A stretch of 63,699 bases of DNA, filler included, from Octopus bimaculoides (taxonomy: Eukaryota): the NCBI RefSeq assembly GCF_001194135.2. It is 5 parts of 5 records of this genome, joined end to end, with 100 filler letters (N's around TTAATTAATTAA, not from the genome) between each part and the next. Parts side by side here need not be neighbours in the genome. Positions count along the whole stretch, not along the records: positions 45,893 to 63,699 come from NC_068987.1; 4 more parts are not named here. One strand, 5' to 3'. A model generated the notes under the pieces. It worked only from the letters and a program-made list of their open reading frames with translations, was not told the origin of the DNA and made no database searches. Position 1 is the stretch's first letter; the number at the start of each line of letters is the position of its first letter. The position numbers and the translations under genes were made by a program. Below, one piece after another: positions 48,968 to 61,852 of this stretch.

Positions 48968-49613
48968 ANNNNNNNNNNNNNNNNNNNNNNNNNNNNNNNN
49001 NNNNNNNNNNNNNNNNNNNNNNNNNNNNNNNNNNNNNNNNNNNNNNNNNNNNNNNNNNNNNNNNNNNNNNNNNNNNNNNNNNNNNNNNNNNNNNNNNNNN
49101 NNNNNNNNNNNNNNNNNNNNNNNNNNNNNNNNNNNNNNNNNNNNNNNNNNNNNNNNNNNNNNNNNNNNNNNNNNNNNNNNNNNNNNNNNNNNNNNNNNNN
49201 NNNNNNNNNNNNNNNNNNNNNNNNNNNNNNNNNNNNNNNNNNNNNNNNNNNNNNNNNNNNNNNNNNNNNNNNNNNNNNNNNNNNNNNNNNNNNNNNNNNN
49301 NNNNNNNNNNNNNNNNNNNNNNNNNNNNNNNNNNNNNNNNNNNNNNNNNNNNNNNNNNNNNNNNNNNNNNNNNNNNNNNNNNNNNNNNNNNNNNNNNNNN
49401 NNNNNNNNNNNNNNNNNNNNNNNNNNNNNNNNNNNNNNNNNNNNNNNNNNNNNNNNNNNNNNNNNNNNNNNNNNNNNNNNNNNNNNNNNNNNNNNNNNNN
49501 NNNNNNNNNNNNNNNNNNNNNNNNNNNNNNNNNNNNNNNNNNNNNNNNNNNNNNNNNNNNNNNNNNNNNNNNNNNNNNNNNNNNNNNNNNNNNNNNNNNN
49601 NNNNNNNNNNNNN

Positions 49614-49656
<43 letters not shown>

Positions 49657-49887
49657 CAGGGCTTGGTCAAGAGTCACCTGACAATAAATCAAAACCATTT
49701 AATTCCAAGATTTATTTATGTTTAACGACTGAATGAATTTAATAAAAGCATCTAAATATGAAACATGAAAATTGTTCAAACTGAAGTGCTTCTTGAGCGA
49801 CACATTTTCCCATTCGGATCAATACAGAATTACAGATAGTACTTACGGAAATTTGATTTACTGTGGGGTGACTTCTGGCCAACCCTG
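49657..49887. mobile_element. Tc1/mariner-type MITE, 231 bp
   Basis: TIRs cagggcttggtcaagagtcacc / ggtgacttctggccaaccctg, TA on both sides. Confidence 0.75.
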
Positions 49888-50110
49888 TATATATTAATAT
49901 ATAGATGCAAAGTTTAGGTTAGTTAAAATATGTTAGTTAAAACATATTGCAACTACTAAAAGACAAATTCACTGCAGTTACCATGGAGAAAATTTTCGCT
50001 TATGGTAAAACGGTGTAAAGACACCATATCTGTTCAGTATCGCCACTTGTCAGGATTTCCAGACATCGATGTTTCTAGCTTCTTAGTGCGTGTGTGTGTG
50101 TGTGTATGTG

Positions 50111-50373
50111 AAGGCGCAATGCCCCAGTGGTTAGAGCAGCGGACTCGCGGTCGGAGGATCGTGGTTTCGATTCCTAGACCGGGCGTTGTGAGTGTTTATT
50201 GAGCGAAAACACATAAAAGCTCCACGAGGCTCCGGCAGGGTGTGGTGGCGACCCCTGTTGTACTCTTACGCCCCAACTTTCTCTCACTTTCTTCCTGTTT
50301 CTTGAGTAACGCTGCGATGGACTGGCGTCCCGTTCGTCTGCGGGGAACACATACGCCATAGAAACCGGGAAAC
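50111..50373 (+). mobile_element. SINE with family B head and body but a family D-type tail
   Basis: The first ~190 bp match 17477; then gcgatggactggcgtccc...acatacgccatagaaaccgggaaac matches 46026-46085. Confidence 0.8.
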
Positions 50374-50408
50374 ACATATATATACAAAGGTCGATAGATA
50401 TATACATC

Positions 50409-50537
50409 GGAGATCCCTTTCGGTCACGAATGACCATGGGATTGCACCTAGAACGTTCCCATCCGAGGCACAAGTCCGGACAAGGTTGTTTATGGAAGAA
50501 CAGCACTCGCCCATGCATACCAGCCTCTCCTCTCCAT
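50409..50537 (-). mobile_element. Retroposon 3'-end-like repeat, second copy at 55590-55735
   Basis: Reverse complement aaacaaccttgtccggacttgtgcctcgga...ttctaggtgcaatcccatggtc is shared with 55590-55735. Confidence 0.65.
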
Positions 50538-50948
50538 NNNNNNNNNNNNNNNNNNNNNNNNNNNNNNNNNNNNNNNNNNNNNNNNNNNNNNNNNNNNNNN
50601 NNNNNNNNNNNNNNNNNNNNNNNNNNNNNNNNNNNNNNNNNNNNNNNNNNNNNNNNNNNNNNNNNNNNNNNNNNNNNNNNNNNNNNNNNNNNNNNNNNNN
50701 NNNNNNNNNNNNNNNNNNNNNNNNNNNNNNNNNNNNNNNNNNNNNNNNNNNNNNNNNNNNNNNNNNNNNNNNNNNNNNNNNNNNNNNNNNNNNNNNNNNN
50801 NNNNNNNNNNNNNNNNNNNNNNNNNNNNNNNNNNNNNNNNNNNNNNNNNNNNNNNNNNNNNNNNNNNNNNNNNNNNNNNNNNTATATATATATATATATA
50901 TACATACACACACATACACATACATATATACATACATACATACATACA

Positions 50949-51814
50949 CAGGGTGCGATGGGTAAATTGTCGCCATTTTATATTCTTAATTTCGTGCATG
51001 TGCTTTGTTTGTTTTTTACTGTGTCGACTACACAGTATCGTAGGGTCAGTTGCGTACCGTCATTTAGAAAAACAGGGATTTGGAAACGACATGCTATGCT
51101 GCTTGATACTCGCATCGGAAGCTCCAATACGAATTTTAGAGTGTTTGGGTATCAATTTGAGGACAGTGTAATCTGAGGACATGTACCGAAACTGATGAGA
51201 ACCAAACATCCAGTCAACAGCATTGTGTTAAAGGAGTGATCACTAGTGATGGCGATGTTATGTCTCCATTCATCTTCCCACATGGCCTCAGACTCAACTC
51301 GGAGGCCTACATCAATTACTTGGAGGAGGTAGTGCTGCCCTGGGTCAAAAGGGTGACTGCTGGAAGACCCTGTGTCTGCAAAACGGGTCTTTGCACCATG
51401 CCACACAAGCAGGAGAACCCAGTTCTGGCTGTCAGACAGTTTCTGCGACCACACCACCTCTAACATCTGGCCACCTAGCTCCCCAGACTGCAACCCCCTT
51501 AATTATTATGTCTAGGACGCAGTTGAACGAGAGACCAACAAAGCTCCTTCTAACACCGAATAATGAGCTGAAGGCAAGGATTATAGCAGCATTCACCAAC
51601 TTAAACAAAGAGACTGTCCAGAAGAGTTGCAGGAGATTCTGAAGTCGTCTGGAGGCCGTGGTTGATGCCAGTGGCGATTTTATTGAATAAATCTACTCTT
51701 TTGTATTTCCAGATAGTTTTATGTAATTTTGTTAAATAAATCTGTTGAAATGAAATGTCAGTGTTATTTTCATTTTTTGCGTAATTCAGACGACAATTTA
51801 TTCACTGCACCCTA
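50949..51814 (+). mobile_element. maT (DD37D-type) transposon, internally deleted
   Basis: Imperfect TIRs cagggtgcgatgggtaaattgtcg / cgacaatttattcactgcacccta; encodes ITSDGDVMSPFIFPHGLRLNSEAY...WPPSSPDCNPLNYY. Confidence 0.88.
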
Positions 51815-52819
51815 TATATCTATATATATATATATATNNNNNNNNNNNNNNNNNNNNNNNNNNNNNNNNNNNNNNNNNNNNNNNNNNNNNNNNNNNNNNN
51901 NNNNNNNNNNNNNNNNNNNNNNNNNNNNNNNNNNNNNNNNNNNNNNNNNNNNNNNNNNNNNNNNNNNNNNNNNNNNNNNNNNNNNNNNNNNNNNNNNNNN
52001 NNNNNNNNNNNNNNNNNNNNNNNNNNNNNNNNNNNNNNNNNNNNNNNNNNNNNNNNNNNNNNNNNNNNNNNNNNNNNNNNNNNNNNNNNNNNNNNNNNNN
52101 NNNNNNNNNNNNNNNNNNNNNNNNNNNNNNNNNNNNNNNNNNNNNNNNNNNNNNNNNNNNNNNNNNNNNNNNNNNNGTGAGTGTGTGTGTGTGTGTGTGA
52201 GTCCATACCAGCAAAATTTCGAATTGTAAGTGATAAATCGGTTATTCTTGTAAATTATTGAAATCTCTCATACACACACACAGAAACGCGCGCGCGTCAC
52301 ATGCACACACACACACGCACCCACTCATACACATGGAGACACAAGTAGGGAGTACAATGTTAAAAGTTTATGTCTATAAATATACTCAAATACTTAAGAA
52401 TCACTTAAATGATTCCATAAATAGAAAAGAGCCGATCAATTGGTTCGTTTGTACCAGGAAAAATGTTCGGCCATCGAAGAGGATACACAAATATCCGTCA
52501 CACAAATATCTATGAATCACAATATTTACCGTCTGTGTGCGTGTAGTTTTGGGTACGTGTGTATGAGGGGAGAGTGTATGCACACACACGCACACATGCA
52601 CACTGACACACATACACACTGACCCATACACAAACACAAACATACACTCACACACATATGTGTTTGTGTGTGTGTATGTGTATGTGTGTTTGTGTGTGTG
52701 TATGTGTGTGTATGCTTGTATGTGTTAGTATGAGAGCATGTACTTGTCAACAGCCTCATCTATCTATCTATCTATCTATCTATCTACCCGTATATATTGC
52801 CATTTATTTATCGATTTAT

Positions 52820-52904
<85 letters not shown>

Positions 52905-53344
52905 CGTGTGTATGCATGTGTGTGCATTTGTCAGTGTAAGCGCATTTGTGGATATATTTATACATGTTAATATATATTTGTATATATGTGTATGCACTGT
53001 ATACATACATACTTTCATGCATACACACATACACACATACATAGTAGCATATATACATACATCCATACATAATACAAACATACATACATACACGCATAGT
53101 AGCGTATATACATACATCCATATATACATATAAACATACGTACAAACACATACACACATACATACATACATACTTACATACATACAGACATACATACATA
53201 CAAACACATACTTACATACATACATACATACATACATATCTCCGTGTGTGTTCCATACCTAAAAATGCTTTTTAAGAATATTTGTTGTACATCTTTCATT
53301 ATGGATCCCTACAGAGAGTGAGAGAGAGAGAGAGAGAGAGATAG

Positions 53345-53409
<65 letters not shown>

Positions 53410-53497
53410 GTAAGAGTGAGAGAGAGAGAGAGAGAGAGAGATACTCTTATCAAACACACACATACACACATATACACATACACACTTACAAGCTTAT

Positions 53498-53533
<36 letters not shown>

Positions 53534-53964
53534 GTACACAAGTACACAAGTACACAAGTACACAAGTACACACAAAGAGGATTGTTTTCTCTTGGCTTCT
53601 TGACCGATATTTCCTTCCTTAGTGCTTCCCCCCAAAAAATACTTATGACTTCACAATTCTACCCATCAGTGCACATTTCCCTCCAACCTATCCTCTCTGC
53701 CCTCCCACATCACTTCGGTCTCACCTTAAAACCGACTTCAATAGAAGAAACAGGCCACCTATATTTAAGAAATCGGAAATGTACCGATTTCACATCACAA
53801 AATATTCGGAACTTGTAAAATTGTTTCTCTTTTCTAAAAATAGCATTCAGCTATAAACAACTTGGTTATATCTTTTGATGAATCAGATGAATTCTGCGAT
53901 CCACTTTCGAATTCCATGTCAGTTTCCTTCCTTCCTTTTTTTCTAAGATTTTTTTTTCTTATAA

Positions 53965-54009
<45 letters not shown>

Positions 54010-54012
54010 TAA

Positions 54013-54113
54013 GTGCGGCCATGGCTGTGTAGTTAAGAAGCTCGCTTCGTAACCATATAGTTCCGGGTTCAGCCCCACTGTGTGGAAACTTGAGACAAAT
54101 GTCTTCTATTACA
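54013..54113 (+). mobile_element. SINE family C, head
   Basis: gcggccatggctgtgtagttaagaagctcgcttcg...ccgggttcagccccactg. Confidence 0.75.
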
Positions 54114-55101
54114 NNNNNNNNNNNNNNNNNNNNNNNNNNNNNNNNNNNNNNNNNNNNNNNNNNNNNNNNNNNNNNNNNNNNNNNNNNNNNNNNNNNNNNN
54201 NNNNNNNNNNNNNNNNNNNNNNNNNNNNNNNNNNNNNNNNNNNNNNNNNNNNNNNNNNNNNNNNNNNNNNNNNNNNNNNNNNNNNNNNNNNNNNNNNNNN
54301 NNNNNNNNNNNNNNNNNNNNNNNNNNNNNNNNNNNNNNNNNNNNNNNNNNNNNNNNNNNNNNNNNNNNNNNNNNNNNNNNNNNNNNNNNNNNNNNNNNNN
54401 NNNNNNNNNNNNNNNNNNNNNNNNNNNNNNNNNNNNNNNNNNNNNNNNNNNNNNNNNNNNNNNNNNNNNNNNNNNNNNNNNNNNNNNNNNNNNNNNNNNN
54501 NNNNNNNNNNNNNNNNNNNNNNNNNNNNNNNNNNNNNNNNNNNNNNNNNNNNNNNNNNNNNNNNNNNNNNNNNNNNNNNNNNNNNNNNNNNNNNNNNNNN
54601 NNNNNNNNNNNNNNNNNNNNNNNNNNNNNNNNNNNNNNNNNNNNNNNNNNNNNNNNNNNNNNNNNNNNNNNNNNNNNNNNNNNNNNNNNNNNNNNNNNNN
54701 NNNNNNNNNNNNNNNNNNNNNNNNNNNNNNNNNNNNNNNNNNNNNNNNNNNNNNNNNNNNNNNNNNNNNNNNNNNNNNNNNNNNNNNNNNNNNNNNNNNN
54801 NNNNNNNNNNNNNNNNNNNNNNNNNNNNNNNNNNNNNNNNNNNNNNNNNNNNNNNNNNNNNNNNNNNNNNNNNNNNNNNNNNNNNNNNNNNNNNNNNNNN
54901 NNNNNNNNNNNNNNNNNNNNNNNNNNNNNNNNNNNNNNNNNNNNNNNNNNNNNNNNNNNNNNNNNNNNNNNNNNNNNNNNNNNNNNNNNNNNNNNNNNNN
55001 NNNNNNNNNNNNNNNNNNNNNNNNNNNNNNNNNNNNNNNNNNNNNNNNNNNNNNNNNNNNNNNNNNNNNNNNNNNNNNNNNNNNNNNNNNNNNNNNNNNN
55101 N

Positions 55102-55585
55102 GATTCACTAAAGCGGGTCTTTTATTCTTCAAAGCTTGGTTCAAATGCTCTAATTGCTGACAGTAGACTTGAGCATTGATTGTTGCATTAGGTGGTAATA
55201 ATTCAAAGTGAATTACCCCTTTGCAATCCCATAAGATAGAGAGAAGAAACGTTTTCCTATGAAATTCCCTTCTCGGTTGTGGTTGAGCTTTTTCCCTTTT
55301 ACCAAGCCACTGTTTACGACATTTAACATTTCGATAGAAGATCCATTTTTTGTTGCCAGTCACAAGTCTATCCAAAAAGGGTGAAATGAATTCGCGAGAA
55401 TGGAGAGAAGATCAGATGTCAACTCGAGATTTGCGGTTGCTTTCGGACAATTCATGAGGCACCCATTTACCAAGTTTAGGAACCTTTCCAAGTTGTTGAA
55501 GATGGCGATGAACAGTTGTATGGTTTGAACTAAGCTTTATTGCCAATTCTTCAACTGATAATGCAGCCTTTGCTGTTCCTTTGGA
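55102..55585 (-). mobile_element. Mariner transposase fragment
   Basis: HLQQLGKVPKLGKWVPHELSE...FLDRLVTGNKKWIFY...ILWDCKGVIHFELLPPNATINAQVYCQQL. Confidence 0.9.
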
Positions 55586-55589
55586 TAAC

Positions 55590-55735
55590 ATCGGTGGCGT
55601 GGAGTGGGGAGTCTGGGAGGCATGGGCAACTACTGGCCTTCTACAAACAACCTTACCTGGACTTGTGCCTCGGAGGGGAACTTTCTAGGTGCAATCCCAT
55701 GGTCTTTCATGAACGAAGGGGGTCTTTACCCTTTT
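55590..55735 (+). mobile_element. Second copy of the 50409-50537 repeat
   Basis: See 50409-50537. Confidence 0.65.
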
Positions 55736-56394
55736 GTTCTCTAGATGACTATCCCTTTGCTATCCAGAAACAAAAGATACACAGACATGTATACATATAT
55801 GTGTGTATGTGTAAAAATATGTAATATATACATGCATAATACGTATATACATATCTATATATATATATATACATACATGCACACACATACATACATACAT
55901 ACATACATACATACATACATACATACATACATACATACGTACGTACGTACATATATGCATATACATATTTACTGATAGATATATAGAAACAAAAAGCAGC
56001 ATTCTGTATATAATATGCGTTCAGGTCAAAGAACTGGTGGCGGGTGGGGGTAGTTGATTGCAAAAATCAAGGAGAAGCCATTTGAGATCCTTCGCTTTAA
56101 CAATGCAGTACCCGCAAAAGCTATCAAGAAAGCCGTTGACACTGAGACTATGTTGAAACAGACTAATTATCTTAGATAACTGTAGTTTATCGGGTAGTTT
56201 TCGGGTGTGATATTATCAGTTTGACCTTTTGCCAAGGTTCTTGTGACCACTTCTAGTGCGTGAGATAAAGGTGCTGTGCATGAGAAGGAATACGTTATGA
56301 AGTTCCCGCGAGAGCCGTTTGGCGTCCTGTCACATATTCAAGGATTGGCTTGTGTTGTAATGCTGCGCAACCTCAGCTGCTTTTAAACGAGAAA

Positions 56395-56660
56395 GAGAAC
56401 GAGAGTGGAAAGAAAGAGAGAGAAAGAGAGAGTGAAAGAGAGAGTGAAAGAGAGAGTGTGAGAGAATGAGAGAGGGAAAGAAAAAGAAATATGGAGAGAG
56501 AAAGAGAGAGGGGAGAGAGGAGAGAGAGAGAAGGAGAGAAAGAGAAGGAGAGAGAGGAGAGAGAGAAGGAGAGAGAGAGAAGGAGAGAGAGAAGGAGAGA
56601 GAGAAGGAGAGAGAGAAGGAGAGAGAGAGAGAAGGAGAGAGAGAGAAGGAGAGAGAGAGA

Positions 56661-56716
<56 letters not shown>
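56395..56716. repeat. Compound GA-rich microsatellite ((GA)n, (GAGAGAAGGA)n)
   Basis: Direct reading. Confidence 0.9.
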
Positions 56717-56720
<4 letters not shown>

Positions 56721-57284
56721 AAAGAGATTGAGGAAAACATAAAAAGTGAGAAACATTAAAACGTCTAATATCAAATAAGTCGGCTTCGAATCAGCAGCGC
56801 CAAACGGCTGTGCCAAAACGGCTGTGCCAAAACGTTTCATATCCCTGTGCGTGAGATCTTGCCAATCATGTTGGCAGGAAGGAAATAGAGCGTGAGAAAG
56901 GCTATTAGGAGGACGGGAGCCAGCCTGAGATTAAAAGGAAGTCGAGGATTGCACTGGAACAAATAAATAGACCACTGGAATCACAAAAGCAGGCGAAATG
57001 TTCTAAGGTAAAACATTCATCATATTAAAAAGAAGGAGATCGTGGCTTGGGCACTTTGATTAGTAAGCTAATGAGCATGAATAAAGCAGTAGAGAACTGA
57101 ACATGGGAATTTGGGGTGGAGCTTGTGAAAAACGAGGTAACCAGGTTAGCAAACCTTTTGAAAGCGATGTAGGACGTGCTTTACATTCTCGGCTAATTGT
57201 TATCGGGTCGGAGGCGTTGCATCGTTGGAACATGTTCTAGCAGAATGCAAGTTATTCCTGGCAGGTTATGGCTAGCAGTGTTAG

Positions 57285-57626
57285 CACGGGCATGGCTGTG
57301 TGGCTAAGAAGCCCACTTTGCAGACGCGTGGTTGCTGGTTCAGTTCCACTGCACGGCACCTCTACTATAACCGCGGGCCGACTAGTGCCTTGTGAATGAA
57401 TTCAATAGACGGAAACTATATGGAAACCCATCGTGTACATACATACATACATACATGTAAAAAAATATATATATATATATTCTTTTATTCTTTTATTTGT
57501 TTCAGTCGTTTGACTGCGACCATGCTGGAGCAGCGCCTTTAATCGAACAAATCGACCCCAGGGTTTATTCTTTGTAAGCCTAGTACTTATTTTATCGGTT
57601 TCTTTTTGTCGAACCGCTAAGTTACT
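57285..57626. mobile_element. SINE family C 5' part (+, about 57285-57440) facing a family C tail (-, about 57478-57626)
   Basis: catggctgtgtggctaagaag...gacggaaactatatggaaaccc; then tttcagtcgtttgactgcgaccatgctggagcagcgcc. Confidence 0.75.
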
Positions 57627-58023
57627 CAATTCAAATAAACGATCGATTCTAATAAACGAATTATAAAATTAAGAGACGTGCACAAGGAATGTTTTAGCTT
57701 GACGCTCGGTGAAAAGAGAGTTTGACGTTTCGAGCGTGTGTGTGTGTGTGTATACACCACCACTTGACAACTAGTTTCGATTTGTTAACGTCCTCATAAA
57801 TTAACAGTTCGGCAAAAGGTACCGATAGAATAAGTACCTGGTTTTTAAATAGGTACTACGCAACGTTTCCGGCATTGTGGCATGGTCTATCTTGTCATAG
57901 AAACCAGGTTTGTTAGGTTGACATTAAAAGAGCTGTTAGATTATCGTACGAGAATGTTCTACGGTATGCGTCATGCCTCCCTGCACTGAGTTCGTGTGTG
58001 CCTGTGTGTGAGTTGTGTGTGTG

Positions 58024-58064
<41 letters not shown>

Positions 58065-58266
58065 CATGTGTGTGTGTGTGTGTGTGTAATTTTGCGCGAA
58101 ACAACGTTGAATAAAATTTATTTGTATAAAGTCGTGTTAAACATGATTCTACACGAATATGCTTTATTAAATTCTGCTTCGTGCAAAACTATGCAAACAC
58201 AGATACACACATACACACGCATGCACACACACACACAAGCACACACACACATAAGCACACACAAAC

Positions 58267-58305
<39 letters not shown>

Positions 58306-59019
58306 TACATAAACGCACAAACACACACACACCCAAAGAGAGAACACAGACTCACAACGCACTCTCGCGCGCGCAAACATAATGACGGACATACACACAC
58401 ACACACAAACGGAAACACACACATATACAAACACACACACACACACATGTACACACACACACAAATACATACACAAACACACACTCGCAAACACACATAC
58501 ACACACATATATACGCAAACACTTACATACAAGCACACGGACATAATCACACACACATATACACACAGAAACGCTAACACACACGCACACATAAACACAG
58601 ACAGGCACATCACATACACAACGTACACACACTCAAGCGCGCACACACTCACAAACACAAACACACACACACTCACTTATAAAATGAAACAGGTGACAGG
58701 TGTTAAAAAAAAAAGCCGGCAGGTGGATTATAAATTGTGTTAATTGGAATACGATCTTAAATATCGTTATTTCGAATCAATCATAAACGAAATTCGTTTT
58801 TGGTGTGGGCGAGACTGGAGGTCCTTGTTTGTCCTTCAGTAACTAAAACGAAACATGGCCGCATAATGAATGCGGGGTTTACATAATGAATGCCAGGGTT
58901 TTCATGGCTGTTGGTAATTGGCGATATGATATTAGGAAACATTCTTGGGTAACAGTGACGCTATTTGTTGCTGATGTTGTTTGGCTCTCAGTGAACAGAA
59001 CCATGGCTAAACATAGTGA

Positions 59020-59330
59020 GGTACCGGCGTATCTGTGTGGTAAAGAAGCTTGCTTTCCAAACACATGGTTCCGGGTTCAGTTCCTCTACGAGTTACCTTG
59101 TTCAAAAGTATTTTACTACAGCTCCTGGTCGGCCAAAACCGTGAGAATGGATTTAGTTGACGAAAACTTAAAGAAGCCCGTCATGTGTGTAGGGGGGGGG
59201 CGTGGATTAGTGGTTAGGATGTTGCACTCGCGATCGCAAGACCGTGGTTTCGTATCCGTGATCGGGCAGTGCCTTGAGTTCTTGAGCAAAACGCTTCATC
59301 TCACGTTTGCTTTGTGATCGCTTGAACACT
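59020..59330 (+). mobile_element. SINE family C head followed by a family D head
   Basis: ctgtgtggtaaagaagcttgctttccaaacacatggttccgggttcag; then gcgtggattagtggttaggatgttgcactc. Confidence 0.7.
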
Positions 59331-59650
59331 TAACGTCTGTTACTCTGTGCAGATGTTCAGGCAACATCGATTTGATGGAGGGAGCAAGCTAATGTACAGC
59401 AAAAATATCAGATCACTATTAACAAATCATTTGAACAGGTCGTTCAGCCAATAAATGGCAGAAGCATCTTTCTCGAGATTGCGACAGACTACCACCATCA
59501 TCATGAAAGTATGTTTTTTTAATCTTTGCGATCTATTTAAGGCCTTAAGAGAGTTCAAAGCGACAAGAGTCTTTGAGTTTAAAAAGCTGCCAGTGTTTGT
59601 AAATATGTGGTTGAGCTGGTGAGTTAGTTGAACTGTCTATTCATCTAAAG

Positions 59651-60410
59651 CAGTGGTTCTCAACCTGAGACGGTACAGCCCCTGGAGGTCCATACAAGCA
59701 AAATAATAAACTGGGTTCACAATAATATTTTCAGGATCCATGGAAAAATGTCACTTTGGATGTATCTATTGCAAAAAAATAGCCAGGATTCTTTCTCTAA
59801 TGTTTTAAACAATTCAATCTACGTAAGTTAATGGGTGAAAAACAAAATAGGAATTTTGAAAGAAGCACCTACGAAGGTAAGACAAAAAGTAATGCCATTT
59901 TGTTTAGGACAGGTATAATTACCAACACAGGAACATGTATCATACATCAAAATGAAGCTGGTCCTCTGTGGATCACATCCCTACTTCTCAACATAGTCAC
60001 CGTTTCTCTCAATGGCAATGTTCCACCTTCGAATGAGAGCATGTATCCCTGCTCCGTAAAATTCTGTTGACTGTTCTTTGAGCCACTTCTTCACTACAGT
60101 TTTCACTTCCTCGTCACTGGAATAACGTTTGCCTCTCAAACCCTTTTTCATGGGGCCCGAAGCGATGATAGTCTGAAGGCGCTAAATTATGTTGAGAAGT
60201 ATGGATGTGATCCACAGAGGACCAGCTTCATTTTGATGAATGATACATGTTCCTGTGTTGGTAATTATACCTGTCCAAAACAAAATGGCATTACTTTTTG
60301 ACTCACCCTCGTATAAAACTCGATTTTACACATCGAATGACTTTGATGGTACTTCAGAATAGAACAGTAATCCAAGGGATCCATAGGCAAAAAATGGTTG
60401 AGAACCACTG
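59651..60410. mobile_element. hAT (Charlie-like) MITE with a nested insertion
   Basis: Perfect 15-bp TIRs cagtggttctcaacc / ggttgagaaccactg; 8-bp TSD atctaaag / atcaaaag (7/8). Confidence 0.88.
59872..60311 (-). mobile_element. Mariner-derived MITE with 124-bp inverted arms
   Basis: Arms 59872-59995 and 60188-60311, TA on both sides; interior encodes MKKGLRGKRYSSDEEVKTVVKKWLKEQSTEFYGAGIHALIRRWNIAIERNGDYVEK* (mariner C-terminus). Confidence 0.92.
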
Positions 60411-60549
60411 ATCAAAAGAATCTCAGATGGAGTATCTTTGGAATTTCTTCCAAATTTCCACTGTGCCGCTAATAGATTGGATTTGGAGCAGGCACGTCAG
60501 TTTCTTTTGCTCTTGTTGGAAAAGCCTATTGTTTCTAAGTTTTTATGCA

Positions 60550-60728
60550 TCGTGAAAGGCTTGGCTGGAGTTCTTTTCCGAGTTCTTTTACGGGGTTTAG
60601 AAAATCTGAAGGACCACTACAGTAAGTGTGTGAATCTCAGAGCGGAATATGTTGAACGAAATCATAATTAAAAGATTCTCCTGCATTTTTCTTTTACCTA
60701 AAGCCAGGAACTTTTCAAGATCCCTTCG
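60550..60728. mobile_element. Partial MITE of the 24525-24720 family
   Basis: Right TIR aagccaggaacttttcaagatcccttcg plus ta; shared gtgtgtgaatct.agag interior. Confidence 0.7.
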
Positions 60729-60938
60729 TATGTATGCTTGTATGTATGTATGTATGTATGTATGTATGCATGTATGTATGTGCGTGCGTGCATGTGTTTG
60801 TGTGTGTGCGTGCGTGTGTGTGTGTGCTCACTTATACATACACACATCATACATTTTATACATAATTGTGGTGACCTTACCAAGTACTAGAGAACCGTTT
60901 TCGGAGAATCGCACGGACATACATCCTCAATGTATCTG

Positions 60939-60978
<40 letters not shown>

Positions 60979-61672
60979 CCATGAGAGGGGGTGCACGCGT
61001 GTCTGCCAAGTGCGTCTGCATGTGAGTGTGTGTGTGTGGATGTGTGTGTATGTGTGTGTGTGTGCGTGCGTATGCGTGCAGGCTTGTGTGTGTGTGCATG
61101 CGTGTGTATTTGTTGCTGTCACAAACAAAGGCCTGCAGTTTTGAATCCAGTTGATTGCTGTATCTCCAAATATGATTCAATGAATTTGCGGGTGTGACNN
61201 NNNNNNNNNNNNNNNNNNNNNNNNNNNNNNNNNNNNNNNNNNNNNNNNNNNNNNNNNNNNNNNNNNNNNNNNNNNNNNNNNNNNNNNNNNNNNNNNNNNN
61301 NNNNNNNNNNNNNNNNNNNNNNNNNNNNNNNNNNNNNNNNNNNNNNNNNNNNNNNNNNNNNNNNNNNNNNNNNNNNNNNNNNNNNNNNNNNNNNNNNNNN
61401 NNNNNNNNNNNNNNNNNNNNNNNNNNNNNNNNNNNNNNNNNNNNNNNNNNNNNNNNNNNAGAAGAAGAAGAAGAAGAAGAAGAAGAAGAAGGGGGATGGA
61501 AGGAGATGGAGAGGAGGTGGGGGAATGTTGGTGGAGAGGAGGGGGAGAGGAGGGGTGGGGGCAGATAATAGTTTCGACAAAGAGATATTAGATTTAGATC
61601 CTGTTTAGAACCGAATAGAATGGGAGGAAGAAAAATGAATGAATGAATGACTGAATGAATGGAAGATAAATG

Positions 61673-61713
<41 letters not shown>

Positions 61714-61852
61714 AAAGAAGGGGAAAGGAAGGACAGAGGTCGATGAACAAGCAAGTATACATGCAAACATACACACACACACACACATGCACAGGAACAT
61801 ACATACACACATACATGCACATGAACAAACACAGGCATAAATCACACATTCA

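Noticed and set aside
53530-53572. Five copies of cacaagta
   Set aside because: A simple 8-bp tandem derived from (CA)n, with no spacers, so not CRISPR-like.
56030-57260. Short protein-like stretches (IKEKPFEILRFNNAVPAKAIKK; KEGDRGLG) and a gccaaaacggctgt tandem
   Set aside because: Fragments are under 45 aa, bounded by stops and lack convincing splice sites; probably old TE debris, family not supportable.
52401-58743. ORFs rich in CV/HT/YI/ER/SL dipeptides
   Set aside because: These are translations of (TG)n, (CA)n, (TA)n and (GA)n microsatellites with no domain signal.
7526-61580. Long ORFs in the track containing runs of X
   Set aside because: They are open only because N-gaps contain no stop codons.
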